DNA from: Planctomycetota bacterium
GTDB taxonomy: Bacteria > Planctomycetota > B15-G4
Direction: 5' to 3'
DNA: 64,000 bases
Assembly (NCBI GenBank): GCA_021604805.1
Contig: BQJR01000001.1
Coordinates: forward strand, 720,925 to 784,924
Shown here: positions 31,092 to 39,989 of the stretch, one piece after another
Numbering within the stretch: position 1 is the stretch's first letter
How the letters are laid out: the number at the start of each line of letters is the position of its first letter
Notes under the pieces: model-generated
What the model was told of the DNA's origin: nothing
Seen by the model: only the letters and a program-made list of their open reading frames with translations
The model's database searches: none
Program-made: the position numbers and the translations under genes

Positions 31092-33404
31092 ATGTCGAGC
31101 ATCTCCTCGCGCCGCCGCTTGGCGTGCGTGCTCGCGCTCACCGCGCTCGCCTCGCTGGGCGGACTCGGCATCGCTTGCGGCGACGACGCACCCGCCGAGC
31201 CCGACACGACGGCGCGCCTCGCCGTGCTGCAGCGCGACCTGAGCCTGGAACGTGATCCCAGCGCCCCCGCCCCGCAGCCCTTCTCCTATCACTGGGACGC
31301 CGCCAGCCTGCGCACCAACTGGCTCCCCGGCGAAGGCACCCTGCGCAAGCTCCAGACGCAGGAGCTGCAAGTGCGCGGCACGCCGAACGCCGAGCTCGTG
31401 AGCCCGGCCAGCGCCACGCTCGACGCCGAGATCCATCACCACCTCGTGGTGCATCTGCGCAGTGCGCGCGCGCTCGACGTCACGGTGTACTGGCGTGCGC
31501 GCGAAGCGCAGCCCTTTGCCGAGAGCCGTCGCACCGTGGCCGAAACACTGCCCGCGAGCGAGGCCACGCAGATCTGGTCGCTGCCGCTGGCGAACCTGCG
31601 CGGCTGGAAGCACCAGCGCGAAGGCGGACCGGGTGCCGGCTGGACCAAGGGCGCCGACGCCGCCGAGGGCCTGCAAGCCCTGAGGCTCGTGTTCGTCGAC
31701 GCGGAGAACCCCGGCAGCACCCCGGCCGACGTGTTCATCGAGTCGATCGCGCTCACGTCGAGCTTCGATCGCGAATCCGACCAGGAACTGAGCCTCGCGC
31801 GCATGGGTCGCGAGCACGTGTTCCAGCGCGGCGTCGCGTTGTCGGTGCCCGACGCCGCCAGCCTCAGCTTGATGCCCGGGCCGCAGGACCGGCTGCGCTT
31901 CTCACTCGCCGTGGCGGGCGCGCGCGAGCCCGTCACCCTGAGTTTGCGCGACGAGGCCGGCAAGCTCGCGCCGCAGTCGTGGGAGTTGCAGCCGCGTGCC
32001 CCGTGGCTGAACGTGGCGCTCGAGTTGGGCGCGCTGGCCGGCGAGAACGCACGACTGCACTTCGAGACGAGCGGCGCGCAGAGCGGCGGCGCAGTGATGA
32101 TCGGTCAACTGATGCACCTCGCGCCGCCGACCACGCCACGACCGAACGTGGTGCTCTACGTGGAAGACACCTTGCGCGCGGACCGGCTGCCGAGCTACGG
32201 CTACGCGCTGCCCACCGCGCCGCACTTGAGTCGCATGGCCGACGCGGGTGTGGTCTTCGAGGACCTCTTCGCGGCCTCGAACTGGACGCGACCGTCGACG
32301 ACCTCCTTGCTGACCGCGCTCGACCCCGTCACGCACGGCAATCACGACGACTACGACCGCATCGCCGAGAGCCTCGTGACCTTGCCCGAGTTGCTGGCCG
32401 AGGCCGGCTACGTGACCGCGTCGCTCGTGACGAACTACCACGCCGGCGCGTGGTCCGGGCTCGACCAAGGTTTCGACGTGGTGCACGAGCCGCCGGCCGG
32501 CGGCGCGTCCACGCTGAACTCCACGCTCACCTCCGGTGTCGTCGGCGACGCGCTCGAAGCGCTGCTCGAGGAACACCAGGGCGAGCAACTGTTCGTGTAC
32601 GCGCACAGCCTCGATCCGCACCAGCCCTACACGCCCACCGCCGAAGACCTGCGCGTCTTCCACGATCCGCCCGAAGGCGCCGCCGGCACGCACAAGCAGG
32701 CCAGCCCTTCGGTGCGCTACGACGCCGAGATCCTGTTCAACGACCACCAACTCGCGCGCCTCGACGCGCAACTCGAGAGCCACGGGCTGCTCGAGGACAC
32801 GCTCTTCGTGTTCACCTCCGACCACGGCGAGGGTTTCATGGAGCACGGTCAGCGTTCACACCGCACCGACATGTTCCAAGAGGAGTTGCACGTGCCGTGG
32901 ATCCTGCGTTGGCCGGCCCAGCTCCGCGCGGGTCAACGCGTGAGCGCGCCCGCAGGTCACGTGGACATCGCCCCCACGCTCGCCGGCTTGCTCGGGCTGG
33001 ACGCGCCGTCGAACTGGCGCGGCCGGGATCTCTCGCAGCTTGCGCGCAGCCCGAACGCGCGCGTCGATGCCACGCCGCTGATGAGCTTCACCACCTACGG
33101 CACGCGCCCCGAGGGTGGCCACAAGCAAGCGCTCGCCGTGCGCCAGGGCGCCTACAAACTCACCGCCTGGGTGAATGAGCGCGACGAGATCCTGCCGCGC
33201 GCGCTCTACCGCCTCGACCTCGATCCGGGTGAGCACACGAATCTGCTCGAAGCGTCCGAGCACGCCGAGCAGCGTGATCGCATGCTCAGCTGGGCCCGCG
33301 ACGACCTCGCCCGCGGACGTGCCAGCGTGGAAGCGCGTCCGGCCAATCACATGGACCCGGCCATGCGCGCCTGGCTGCAGGAGATGGGTTACCTAGGCAA
33401 ATGA
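31092..33404 (+). CDS. Sulfatase-fold lipoprotein 5, T-R-P-S-T variant (770 aa)
   Basis: Lipobox GLGIAC; VVLYVEDTLRADRL, ASNWTRPSTTSLLT, YAHSLDPHQPY, FTSDHGE and C-terminal LQEMGY. It has no CxxC tail. Confidence 0.85.
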   Translation: MSSISSRRRLACVLALTALASLGGLGIACGDDAPAEPDTTARLAVLQRDLSLERDPSAPAPQPFSYHWDAASLRTNWLPGEGTLRKLQTQELQVRGTPNAELVSPASATLDAEIHHHLVVHLRSARALDVTVYWRAREAQPFAESRRTVAETLPASEATQIWSLPLANLRGWKHQREGGPGAGWTKGADAAEGLQALRLVFVDAENPGSTPADVFIESIALTSSFDRESDQELSLARMGREHVFQRGVALSVPDAASLSLMPGPQDRLRFSLAVAGAREPVTLSLRDEAGKLAPQSWELQPRAPWLNVALELGALAGENARLHFETSGAQSGGAVMIGQLMHLAPPTTPRPNVVLYVEDTLRADRLPSYGYALPTAPHLSRMADAGVVFEDLFAASNWTRPSTTSLLTALDPVTHGNHDDYDRIAESLVTLPELLAEAGYVTASLVTNYHAGAWSGLDQGFDVVHEPPAGGASTLNSTLTSGVVGDALEALLEEHQGEQLFVYAHSLDPHQPYTPTAEDLRVFHDPPEGAAGTHKQASPSVRYDAEILFNDHQLARLDAQLESHGLLEDTLFVFTSDHGEGFMEHGQRSHRTDMFQEELHVPWILRWPAQLRAGQRVSAPAGHVDIAPTLAGLLGLDAPSNWRGRDLSQLARSPNARVDATPLMSFTTYGTRPEGGHKQALAVRQGAYKLTAWVNERDEILPRALYRLDLDPGEHTNLLEASEHAEQRDRMLSWARDDLARGRASVEARPANHMDPAMRAWLQEMGYLGK

Positions 33405-33468
33405 ACCGCGGGCAAGTGAGCCGCGGGCACCAGTAAGCCGCGCCCTCTTACACGCGGCCTTCGCGCAG

Positions 33469-34221
33469 TCAGTTGCGGGCGTGGGCCTCGCGCGTCTTGG
33501 CGTCTTTCAGGAAGGCGTACCAGGAACCCAGCGCGCAGACGACGAGGCCGCGCCAACCGTCGAGCACACCGCGCTGCAGCAAGTACATGCGCGCGAAGCG
33601 GAACGGCGGCCCGAGCAGCAGCTTGCCGAAACCCACGCGCTTGCCGGCGGCCACGCGCCGCTCAGCGATCGTGGTCGTGTAGGCGTTGATCTTGCTGAGG
33701 TGCTCGGCCAGGTCCACATAGGGTTCGTGCAGCAGGCGTCCGGCGAGGCGACCGGTGCTGCCGGTGACTTCCATGTGGTCGTGGGGTTCCACGCCACCCG
33801 AACGCCCGGCGCCGCGACGCAACAGGCGCAGGCGCCATTCGGGGCTCCAGCCGCAGTGGTCGATCCAGCCGCCGAGGTAGCGGCTGCGGCGGTTGAGTTC
33901 GAAGCCGGCGTGGCCTTGGTCGGCGCCGGCGAGCACGCGGGCCAGCGCGGCGGCCAACTCGCCGTCGAGCCATTCGTCGGCGTCGAGGCAGAGCACCCAG
34001 TCTTGGGTCGCGTGGTCGAGCGCGATCTGGCGCTGCCCCACGAAGCCCGTCCAAGGGTGCTCGACGATCTCGGCGCCAGCCTTGCGGGCCAGTTCCAAGG
34101 TGGCGTCGGTGCTGCCCGAGTCGATCACCAGCAGCTGGTCGGCGAGCTCCGCCACCGAGGCGAGGCAGCGCGGCAGGTCGCGCTCCTCGTTGCAGGTCAA
34201 GATCGTGACGCTGAGTCCCAT
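33469..34221 (-). CDS. Glycosyltransferase family 2 (WaaE/KdtX-like beta-glucosyltransferase, 250 aa)
   Basis: LSVTILTCNEE, VIDSGSTDAT, DWVLCLDADE and LLH...HLSKINAYTT. Confidence 0.92.
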   Translation of the reverse strand: MGLSVTILTCNEERDLPRCLASVAELADQLLVIDSGSTDATLELARKAGAEIVEHPWTGFVGQRQIALDHATQDWVLCLDADEWLDGELAAALARVLAGADQGHAGFELNRRSRYLGGWIDHCGWSPEWRLRLLRRGAGRSGGVEPHDHMEVTGSTGRLAGRLLHEPYVDLAEHLSKINAYTTTIAERRVAAGKRVGFGKLLLGPPFRFARMYLLQRGVLDGWRGLVVCALGSWYAFLKDAKTREAHARN

Positions 34222-34289
34222 CGGCGCATGATCCAGCGCGCCGGGTCGCAGATGCAAGCGCTGCGCGTCGGGAGGCGGCCGCATGGTCT

Positions 34290-34317
34290 TTGCCGCCAGA
34301 CGACTCGACGGTAGGAT
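34290..34317 (+). promoter_or_regulatory. Putative promoter of the GlmL-like operon, TTGCCG-N16-TAGGAT
   Basis: Lies in the divergent gap between GT2 and the operon; SD GGGAG at 34338-34342 precedes ATG 34349. Confidence 0.45.
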
Positions 34318-34348
34318 GGGCGATCTGCGTGCCCCCCGGGAGAATCCG

Positions 34349-35038
34349 ATGAGCGATGCCGGCCTCGAGGCCCTTGCGGCCCCTGAGTCGGTGTCTTCAG
34401 CCGGAGGGTCGGCGTCTCTAGCCGGAGGGTCGGTGTCTCCAGCCGGAGGCGGAGGCCGTCGGAACTCGACGCTCCCCGCCGCCCCGAGTCGCGCCCAGAA
34501 CGAGGCCGCCCAGGCTCCTGCGGCCGCCGAACAAACCCCCAGTCCGTCGGGCCACGCCAGCTCAGTCGAGAACGAGCCCGTTCAGGAGCTGCGCTGGACC
34601 GTCCACCCCGCCGCCCAGTCCCCGGCGCGCGCCGCCTTGGTCGGCGGCCTGATCCTCGGGGTGAGCCTGCTCGCCGCGCAACTCTCAGCCGCACCGCAGT
34701 TCGGCGTCCTCGCGCTGCTCTTCCTGGCGTTCAGCCTGCGCGCCTTCTTCCTTCCGCGGCACTATGCGTTCGACGCCGCCGGCGCCCGCGAGTCCGGCCC
34801 CCTGGGCGCCACCCGCCGCGTGGCCTGGCCCGACGTGAAACAGGTGCGCGCCGTGCGCTTCGGCGTGTGGCTGGGCGAGCGTCACAACAGCTCGCGCATG
34901 CTGCCGGCCCACGGGCTCTTCGTGCGCACGAGCGGCAATCGCAGCGAGGTGCTGGCCGCAGCGCAACGGGCGGCACCGGAGGCCAGCGCCCCGGCCGCGC
35001 CCCAGGACTCCGCGAACCGCCAGGACCCCGCGAACTGA
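34349..35038 (+). CDS. Operon gene 1: two-TM membrane protein with a PH-like cytoplasmic C-terminal domain (229 aa)
   Basis: Low-complexity N-terminus, then LRWTVHPA, two TM helices and LP..YAFD..G......VAW.DV..VR, a pattern typical of bacterial PH-like domains. The stop overlaps the next ATG (TGATG). Confidence 0.65.
   Translation: MSDAGLEALAAPESVSSAGGSASLAGGSVSPAGGGGRRNSTLPAAPSRAQNEAAQAPAAAEQTPSPSGHASSVENEPVQELRWTVHPAAQSPARAALVGGLILGVSLLAAQLSAAPQFGVLALLFLAFSLRAFFLPRHYAFDAAGARESGPLGATRRVAWPDVKQVRAVRFGVWLGERHNSSRMLPAHGLFVRTSGNRSEVLAAAQRAAPEASAPAAPQDSANRQDPAN
34387..34449 (+). repeat. In-frame 21-bp tandem repeat, 3 copies
   Basis: gtcggtgtcttcagccggagg / gtcggcgtctctagccggagg / gtcggtgtctccagccggagg, encoding SVSSAGG-SASLAGG-SVSPAGG. 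Confidence 0.85.
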
Positions 35039-35466
35039 TGGGCAAGCCGGCCGTCACCGAAAGCCTGGAGCCGCACGAGCAAGAGCTGCTCGACGAGGTC
35101 GCCGAGGGCGTGGTGCGACGCCGGCTCTCCACGCCCGCGATGATGTTCCTGGAGATGAGCACGCCGCTCAACATGCTCGGCAGCTCCACGCTGCACATGG
35201 CCTCGCCGTTGTGGCGCGCGGTCGTGCCCGTGTCGCGCATCGACCAAGTGGCGAAGCTGCTCGAGAAGCGCATCGCCATCCCCGCGCTGATCCAAGCCAT
35301 CGACGACGCGGAACACGAGCGTCGCCGGGCAGCGAAGTCCAAGTCGGACGCGCCGCCGACCAACGCCGCACCGCTGACCCCCACCGCGCTGGCGACCGGG
35401 GCCACCCCACCGACCGATCCCGATTCACCGTCCGCCCCTCACGCGCCTGACGAGACGAGCTCTTGA
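35038..35466 (+). CDS. Operon gene 2: small helical conserved hypothetical protein (142 aa)
   Basis: Core LLDEVAEGVVRRRLSTPAMMFLEMSTPLNMLGS...LLEKR. Coupled on both sides (TGATG, TTGA). Confidence 0.7.
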   Translation: MGKPAVTESLEPHEQELLDEVAEGVVRRRLSTPAMMFLEMSTPLNMLGSSTLHMASPLWRAVVPVSRIDQVAKLLEKRIAIPALIQAIDDAEHERRRAAKSKSDAPPTNAAPLTPTALATGATPPTDPDSPSAPHAPDETSS

Positions 35467-37271
35467 GCGAAACGATCCGATCCATCCTCGCCACCGATTG
35501 TGGAAGCACCACGACCAAGGCGATCCTCATCGAGCTCACCAGCGACGGCTATCGCCTCAAGGTGCGCGGCGAAGCACCCACCACCGTGGAGAAGCCTTTC
35601 GACGACGTGACCGTGGGCGTGATCAACGCCGTCACCGAAGTGCAGGAGCTCGCGGGCCGCACGATCGTCGGCGAGGACGGCCGCATCATCACGCCGCAGA
35701 CCGACGAAGCCGGCGTGGACCTCTACCTCTCCACGAGCAGCGCGGGCGGCGGCTTGCAGATGCTCGTGGCCGGCGTGGTGCGCAGCATGACGGCCGAGTC
35801 GGCCGAACGCGCGGCGCTCGGCGCGGGCGCCATCGTGATGGACGTGTTGTGCAGCAACGACCAGCGTCAGCCGCACGAGCAGATCACGCGCATCCGACAT
35901 CTGCGGCCCGACATGATCCTGCTCAGCGGTGGCGTCGACGGCGGCACCACGAGTCACGTGGCCGAGCTCGCCGAGTTGATCTCCGCCGCCGACCCGAAGC
36001 CGCGTCTCGGCGCGGGCTACGAGCTGCCGGTGGTGTTCGCCGGCAACGTGGAAGCGCGCGGCGCCGTCAACGACGCGCTCGAGGAGAAGACGGCGCTGTC
36101 CGTCGTGGACAACCTGCGCCCCACGCTCGACGAAGAGAACCTCGACCCCGCGCGCGACCAGATCCACGACCTGTTCATGGAACACGTCATGGCGCAGGCG
36201 CCGGGTTACGACAAGCTCAAGAGCTGGACGTCGGCGCCCGTGATGCCCACGCCCGGCGCCGTGGGCGCGATCATCACCACCGTGGCCGAGCAGCGGAAGT
36301 TGCAAGTGATCGGCGTGGACATCGGCGGCGCGACCACCGACGTGTTCTCGGTCTTCCAGCACAAGTTCAACCGCACCGTGTCCGCCAACCTCGGCATGAG
36401 TTACTCGATCTCGAACGTGATGGCCACGGCCGGGCTCGACAACGTGCTGCGCTGGGTGCCCTTCGACATCGACGAGAGCGAGCTGCGCAACCGCATCAAG
36501 AACAAGATGGTGCGCCCCACCACCATCCCGAGCCTGGTGCGCGACCTCCAAGTGGAACAAGCGCTGGCGCGCGAGGCGCTGCGTCTCTCACTGATCCAAC
36601 ACAAGGAGTTCGCCACGGAGCTCAAGGGCGTGCGCAAGTCGCGCGACATCTCCGAGGCCTTCGACCAGAGCGGCTCGGGCAACACACTCGTGAACATGAT
36701 GACGTGTGACTTGGTGGTCGGCAGCGGCGGCGTGCTGAGTCACGCGCCACGCCGCGTGCAGTCGGCGCTCATGCTCATCGACAGTTTCGAGCCCATGGGC
36801 GTGACCAAGCTGGCCGTGGACTCGATCTTCATGATGCCGCAGCTGGGCGTGCTCTCCACGGTGCACGAAGCCGCGGCCACCGAAGTGTTCGAGCGCGACT
36901 GCTTGGTTCCGCTGGGCACCTGCATCGCGCCCGTCGGCAAGACCAAGGGCGGCAAGCCGCTCGCGAAGATCACACTCGAGTTGCCCGACGGCAAGGTCGA
37001 GCGCACGCTCGCCGTGGGCGACCTCGACCTGATCAAGTTGCCCACCGGCAGCAGCGCGCGCTGCACGATCGAACCCGCCAAGGGTGTGGACGTGGGCGCG
37101 GGACCGGGGCAAGTGCTCAACACCGAGATCGAAGGCGGCGAGGCGGGCATCTTCCTCGACGGCCGCGGTCGCCCCGTGCAAGTGCCTGCCGACGCGCAGC
37201 AACGCGTCGCCGCCATCGAAACCTGGATCGAGAACCTCGATCTCTACCCGCGTGAGGGAGCCCACTCGTGA
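35463..37271 (+). CDS. Operon gene 3: glutamate mutase L (GlmL/MutL)-like ASKHA-fold ATPase (602 aa)
   Basis: Phosphate-1 ILATDCGSTTTKA, SSAGGGL, LLSGGVDGG, VMPTPGAV, phosphate-2 VIGVDIGGATTDVFS, NLGMSYS and GSGGVLSHAP match the GlmL/MutL pattern. Confidence 0.85.
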   Translation: MSETIRSILATDCGSTTTKAILIELTSDGYRLKVRGEAPTTVEKPFDDVTVGVINAVTEVQELAGRTIVGEDGRIITPQTDEAGVDLYLSTSSAGGGLQMLVAGVVRSMTAESAERAALGAGAIVMDVLCSNDQRQPHEQITRIRHLRPDMILLSGGVDGGTTSHVAELAELISAADPKPRLGAGYELPVVFAGNVEARGAVNDALEEKTALSVVDNLRPTLDEENLDPARDQIHDLFMEHVMAQAPGYDKLKSWTSAPVMPTPGAVGAIITTVAEQRKLQVIGVDIGGATTDVFSVFQHKFNRTVSANLGMSYSISNVMATAGLDNVLRWVPFDIDESELRNRIKNKMVRPTTIPSLVRDLQVEQALAREALRLSLIQHKEFATELKGVRKSRDISEAFDQSGSGNTLVNMMTCDLVVGSGGVLSHAPRRVQSALMLIDSFEPMGVTKLAVDSIFMMPQLGVLSTVHEAAATEVFERDCLVPLGTCIAPVGKTKGGKPLAKITLELPDGKVERTLAVGDLDLIKLPTGSSARCTIEPAKGVDVGAGPGQVLNTEIEGGEAGIFLDGRGRPVQVPADAQQRVAAIETWIENLDLYPREGAHS

Positions 37272-38392
37272 GTCATGCCTACACCCCAGGCCTGAAGGTC
37301 TCCGACGCCGCCGAGTTCGTGCGCGCGCGCAGCCTGCCGATCCCCGGCGAGGTGCTCGTGAAGCAGGGCGACAGCGTGGAGCCCGACACTGTCGTGGCGC
37401 GCGCCTTGTTGCCCGGCAACGTGGTCACGGCGAACTTTGCGCGTCAACTCGGCGTGGCCGCCGCCGACCTCGGCGAGCTGCTGCTCGTGAAGCCCGGCGA
37501 GACCGTGAAGGAAGGTCAGCCGATCGCGCAGAGCAAGGGCATCTTCGGCATGTTCAAGCAGGCCGTGAACGCGCCCACCACCGGCGAGTTCGAATCGGTG
37601 TCGGCCGTGTCCGGTCAGGCGATCTTCCGCGAAGCGCCGATCCCCGTGGAAGTGCGCGCTTACGTGGGCGGCAAGGTGACCAGCGTCACCGACACGTTCG
37701 GGGTCGACGTGACGGCGCGCGGCATCATGGTGCAAGGCATCTTCGGCATCGGCCCCGAGGTGGCCGGGCCGATCACCTTGGCCGGTCCCGACCCGGCCAA
37801 GCGCCTCGAGCCCGCCGACATCAAGGCCGAACACAAGGGCAGCGTGCTCGTGGGCGGCTCCTTCGCGAGCTTGGCCACGTTGCGCGCGTGCATCGAGAAG
37901 GGTGTCACGGCGCTGGTCGTCGGGGGCATCGACGCGGCCGACCTCAAAGAACTGCTCGGCTTCGACCTGGGCGTGGCGATCACGGGCAACGAAACCGTGG
38001 GGCTCACGCTGGTCGTCACCGAGGGCTTCGGCGAGCTGGCCATGGCCGGCAAGACGCACCGACTGCTGAGCAACGCCGTGGGCCAAGTGGCGTCGGTGAG
38101 CGGCGCCACACAGATCCGCGCGGGCGTGATGCGCCCCGAGGTGCTCGTGCCGCGCGAGATCGAAGCGATCGAACAGACCGAAGTCGACACGGGCTTCATG
38201 CACGAAGGCAGCGTGGTGCGCATCATCCGCGACCCACATTTCGGCTCGCTGGGTAAAGTCACGGCGCTACCGCCCGAGCCGGCAGCCTTGGAGACCGAGG
38301 CCAAGGTGCGTATTCTCACGGTCGCCCTGGCTGATGGCACTCCGGTCACGCTCCCGCGGGCCAACGTCGAACTCGTGGACGAGAGCCTGTGA
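37268..38392 (+). CDS. Operon gene 4: soluble protein with barrel-sandwich hybrid (RnfC/NqrA-N or biotinyl-lipoyl-like) repeats and a C-terminal KOW/SH3-like domain (374 aa)
   Basis: VLVKQGDSVEPDTVVA and LLVKPGETVKEGQPIA...VNAPTTG; C-terminal GSVVRIIRDPHFGSLGKVT...VTLPRANVELV. Confidence 0.7.
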   Translation: MSHAYTPGLKVSDAAEFVRARSLPIPGEVLVKQGDSVEPDTVVARALLPGNVVTANFARQLGVAAADLGELLLVKPGETVKEGQPIAQSKGIFGMFKQAVNAPTTGEFESVSAVSGQAIFREAPIPVEVRAYVGGKVTSVTDTFGVDVTARGIMVQGIFGIGPEVAGPITLAGPDPAKRLEPADIKAEHKGSVLVGGSFASLATLRACIEKGVTALVVGGIDAADLKELLGFDLGVAITGNETVGLTLVVTEGFGELAMAGKTHRLLSNAVGQVASVSGATQIRAGVMRPEVLVPREIEAIEQTEVDTGFMHEGSVVRIIRDPHFGSLGKVTALPPEPAALETEAKVRILTVALADGTPVTLPRANVELVDESL

Positions 38393-39330
38393 TCCAACCA
38401 CTGCTCGCGCTGCAAGACGCGGTGACTCCCTGGTGGGTCGACCTCAACCTCTGGCTCAGCGGCATGGGTCGCGGCACCGATGCCGACGGCTCAGTGCTCG
38501 CGCCCGGCATCGGCACTCCCGGTGGCCTCGACGATTGGATCGACACGGGCAAGCTGCCCACGCTCATCGCGATCCTGATCTACGCCTTCTTGATGTTGCG
38601 CAGCCAGGCCAAGGCCAAGGCCGGCGCCGAGATCCCGATCCGTCGCATCGCCGGCCTGGATGCGCTCGACGAAGCCATCGGGCGCTCCACCGAGATGGGC
38701 CGCCCGGTGCTCTACGTGCCCGGCATCGACGAGATCAAAGAGATCCAAACGATCTACTCGATGATGATCCTGCGGCACGTGGCGCGCAAAACCGCTGAGT
38801 ACGGCACGCCGCTCATCGTGCCCGTGAAAGACTCGGTCGTGATGACCTTCGCCGAGGAAGCCTGCAAGCAAGGTTGCCTCGACGCCGGCCGCCCCGACGC
38901 GTTCATCGCCGACAACGTGCGCTACCTGTCGAACGAGCAGTTCGCCTACTGCGCGGGCGTGGCCGGCATCATGAACCGCGAGAAGCCGGCCGCGAACATC
39001 ATGCTCGGCATGTTCTTCGCCGAGTCGCTGATCCTCGCAGAGACCGGCTACGCGAGCGGCGCGATCCAGGTGGCGGGCACAGCCAAGCAGCACCAGCTGC
39101 CCTTCTTCGTGGCCGCCTGCGACTACACGATCATCGGCGAGGAGTACTTCGCCGTCACCGCGTACCTCACGCGTGAGCCGGGCTTGCTCGGCACGATCCG
39201 CGCCGCCGACATCATCAAGGTGATCGTGATCATCCTGTTCGTGCTCGGCGTGATCCTGGCCACGGCCACGGGCAACGGCACCGAAACCTCACCTTCTCTC
39301 TTCGACGTCTACGGACGTCTCTTCGGCTGA
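38389..39330 (+). CDS. Operon gene 5: DUF6754-like membrane protein (313 aa)
   Basis: TM helix, then IRRIAGLDALDEAIGRSTEMGRPVLYVPG...FAESLILAETG...QLPFFVAACDYTIIGEEYFA..AYL, then a C-terminal TM. Matches my recollection of DUF6754. Confidence 0.75.
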   Translation: MIQPLLALQDAVTPWWVDLNLWLSGMGRGTDADGSVLAPGIGTPGGLDDWIDTGKLPTLIAILIYAFLMLRSQAKAKAGAEIPIRRIAGLDALDEAIGRSTEMGRPVLYVPGIDEIKEIQTIYSMMILRHVARKTAEYGTPLIVPVKDSVVMTFAEEACKQGCLDAGRPDAFIADNVRYLSNEQFAYCAGVAGIMNREKPAANIMLGMFFAESLILAETGYASGAIQVAGTAKQHQLPFFVAACDYTIIGEEYFAVTAYLTREPGLLGTIRAADIIKVIVIILFVLGVILATATGNGTETSPSLFDVYGRLFG

Positions 39331-39337
39331 GTTCACG

Positions 39338-39985
39338 ATGAAACGCGAGATCCCCATCGCCCTCACCGTGATCTGCGGTCTGCTGATCACCTGGGCCTTC
39401 TTCAGCCCGTCGGAGCTGAGCCAAGCGGTCAACGTGGAGCTCACGGCCTGGGCGTCGATCTTCTTCGCCGTGGCCTTCCTGCTCGGCATCGGCAACTTGG
39501 TGCGCATCAGCCTGAAGCAGATCAGTGCGCGCCATCCCGACTGGCCCTACAAGGCGCTGTTGATGCTGATGCTCTTCGGCTACCTCAGCATCGGCCTGCT
39601 CGAGATCCACGGCGTGATCGAGAGCGAGTACGGCGACAAGGCTTACCAAGACTGGATCTACGAGCGGATCTTCAAACCGCTGCAGTCCACCATGTTCGCG
39701 CTGCTCGCTTTCTACATCGCGTCGGCAGCCTTCCGCGCCTTCCGCGCGCGCTCGATGGAAGCCACGCTGCTGCTCACTGCTGGCGCGCTCGTGATGCTCG
39801 GCCAGGTGCCGCTGCCGATCGCGCCGCCTGAAGTCGGCGCCTTCTTCGCGCGCGTGCAGGGCTTCCTGATGGCCTACGTGAACGCCGCGGGCCAGAGCGC
39901 CATCATCATGGGTGCCGCGCTCGGCACCCTCGCCACGGGCCTGCGCATCGTGCTCGGTCTCGAACGCAGCTACCTTTCGGAGTAA
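39338..39985 (+). CDS. Operon gene 6: integral membrane protein (about 5-6 TM, 215 aa)
   Basis: Hydrophobic throughout; conserved-looking PLQSTMFALLAFYIASAAFRAFRARS.EA.LL and C-terminal LRIVLGLER. Confidence 0.75.
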   Translation: MKREIPIALTVICGLLITWAFFSPSELSQAVNVELTAWASIFFAVAFLLGIGNLVRISLKQISARHPDWPYKALLMLMLFGYLSIGLLEIHGVIESEYGDKAYQDWIYERIFKPLQSTMFALLAFYIASAAFRAFRARSMEATLLLTAGALVMLGQVPLPIAPPEVGAFFARVQGFLMAYVNAAGQSAIIMGAALGTLATGLRIVLGLERSYLSE

Positions 39986-39989
39986 GGCC

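Noticed and set aside
33402-33450. CCGCGGGCA repeats, and the 12-mer TGAACCGCGGGC shared with 41773-41784
   Set aside because: Short GC-rich matches of this length are expected by chance in 64 kb.
35463-37271. Calling a glutamate or methylaspartate fermentation locus, or DNA-repair MutL
   Set aside because: No GlmS/GlmE, methylaspartate ammonia-lyase or B12-binding motif is present. DNA-repair MutL is an unrelated GHKL ATPase whose motifs are absent.
37268-38392. Calling an Rnf/Nqr complex or a biotin-dependent Na+ decarboxylase
   Set aside because: There are no Fe-S cysteine motifs, flavinylation (S/T-GAT) sites on membrane subunits, AMKM motif or carboxyltransferase genes. Only the barrel-sandwich fold resemblance remains.
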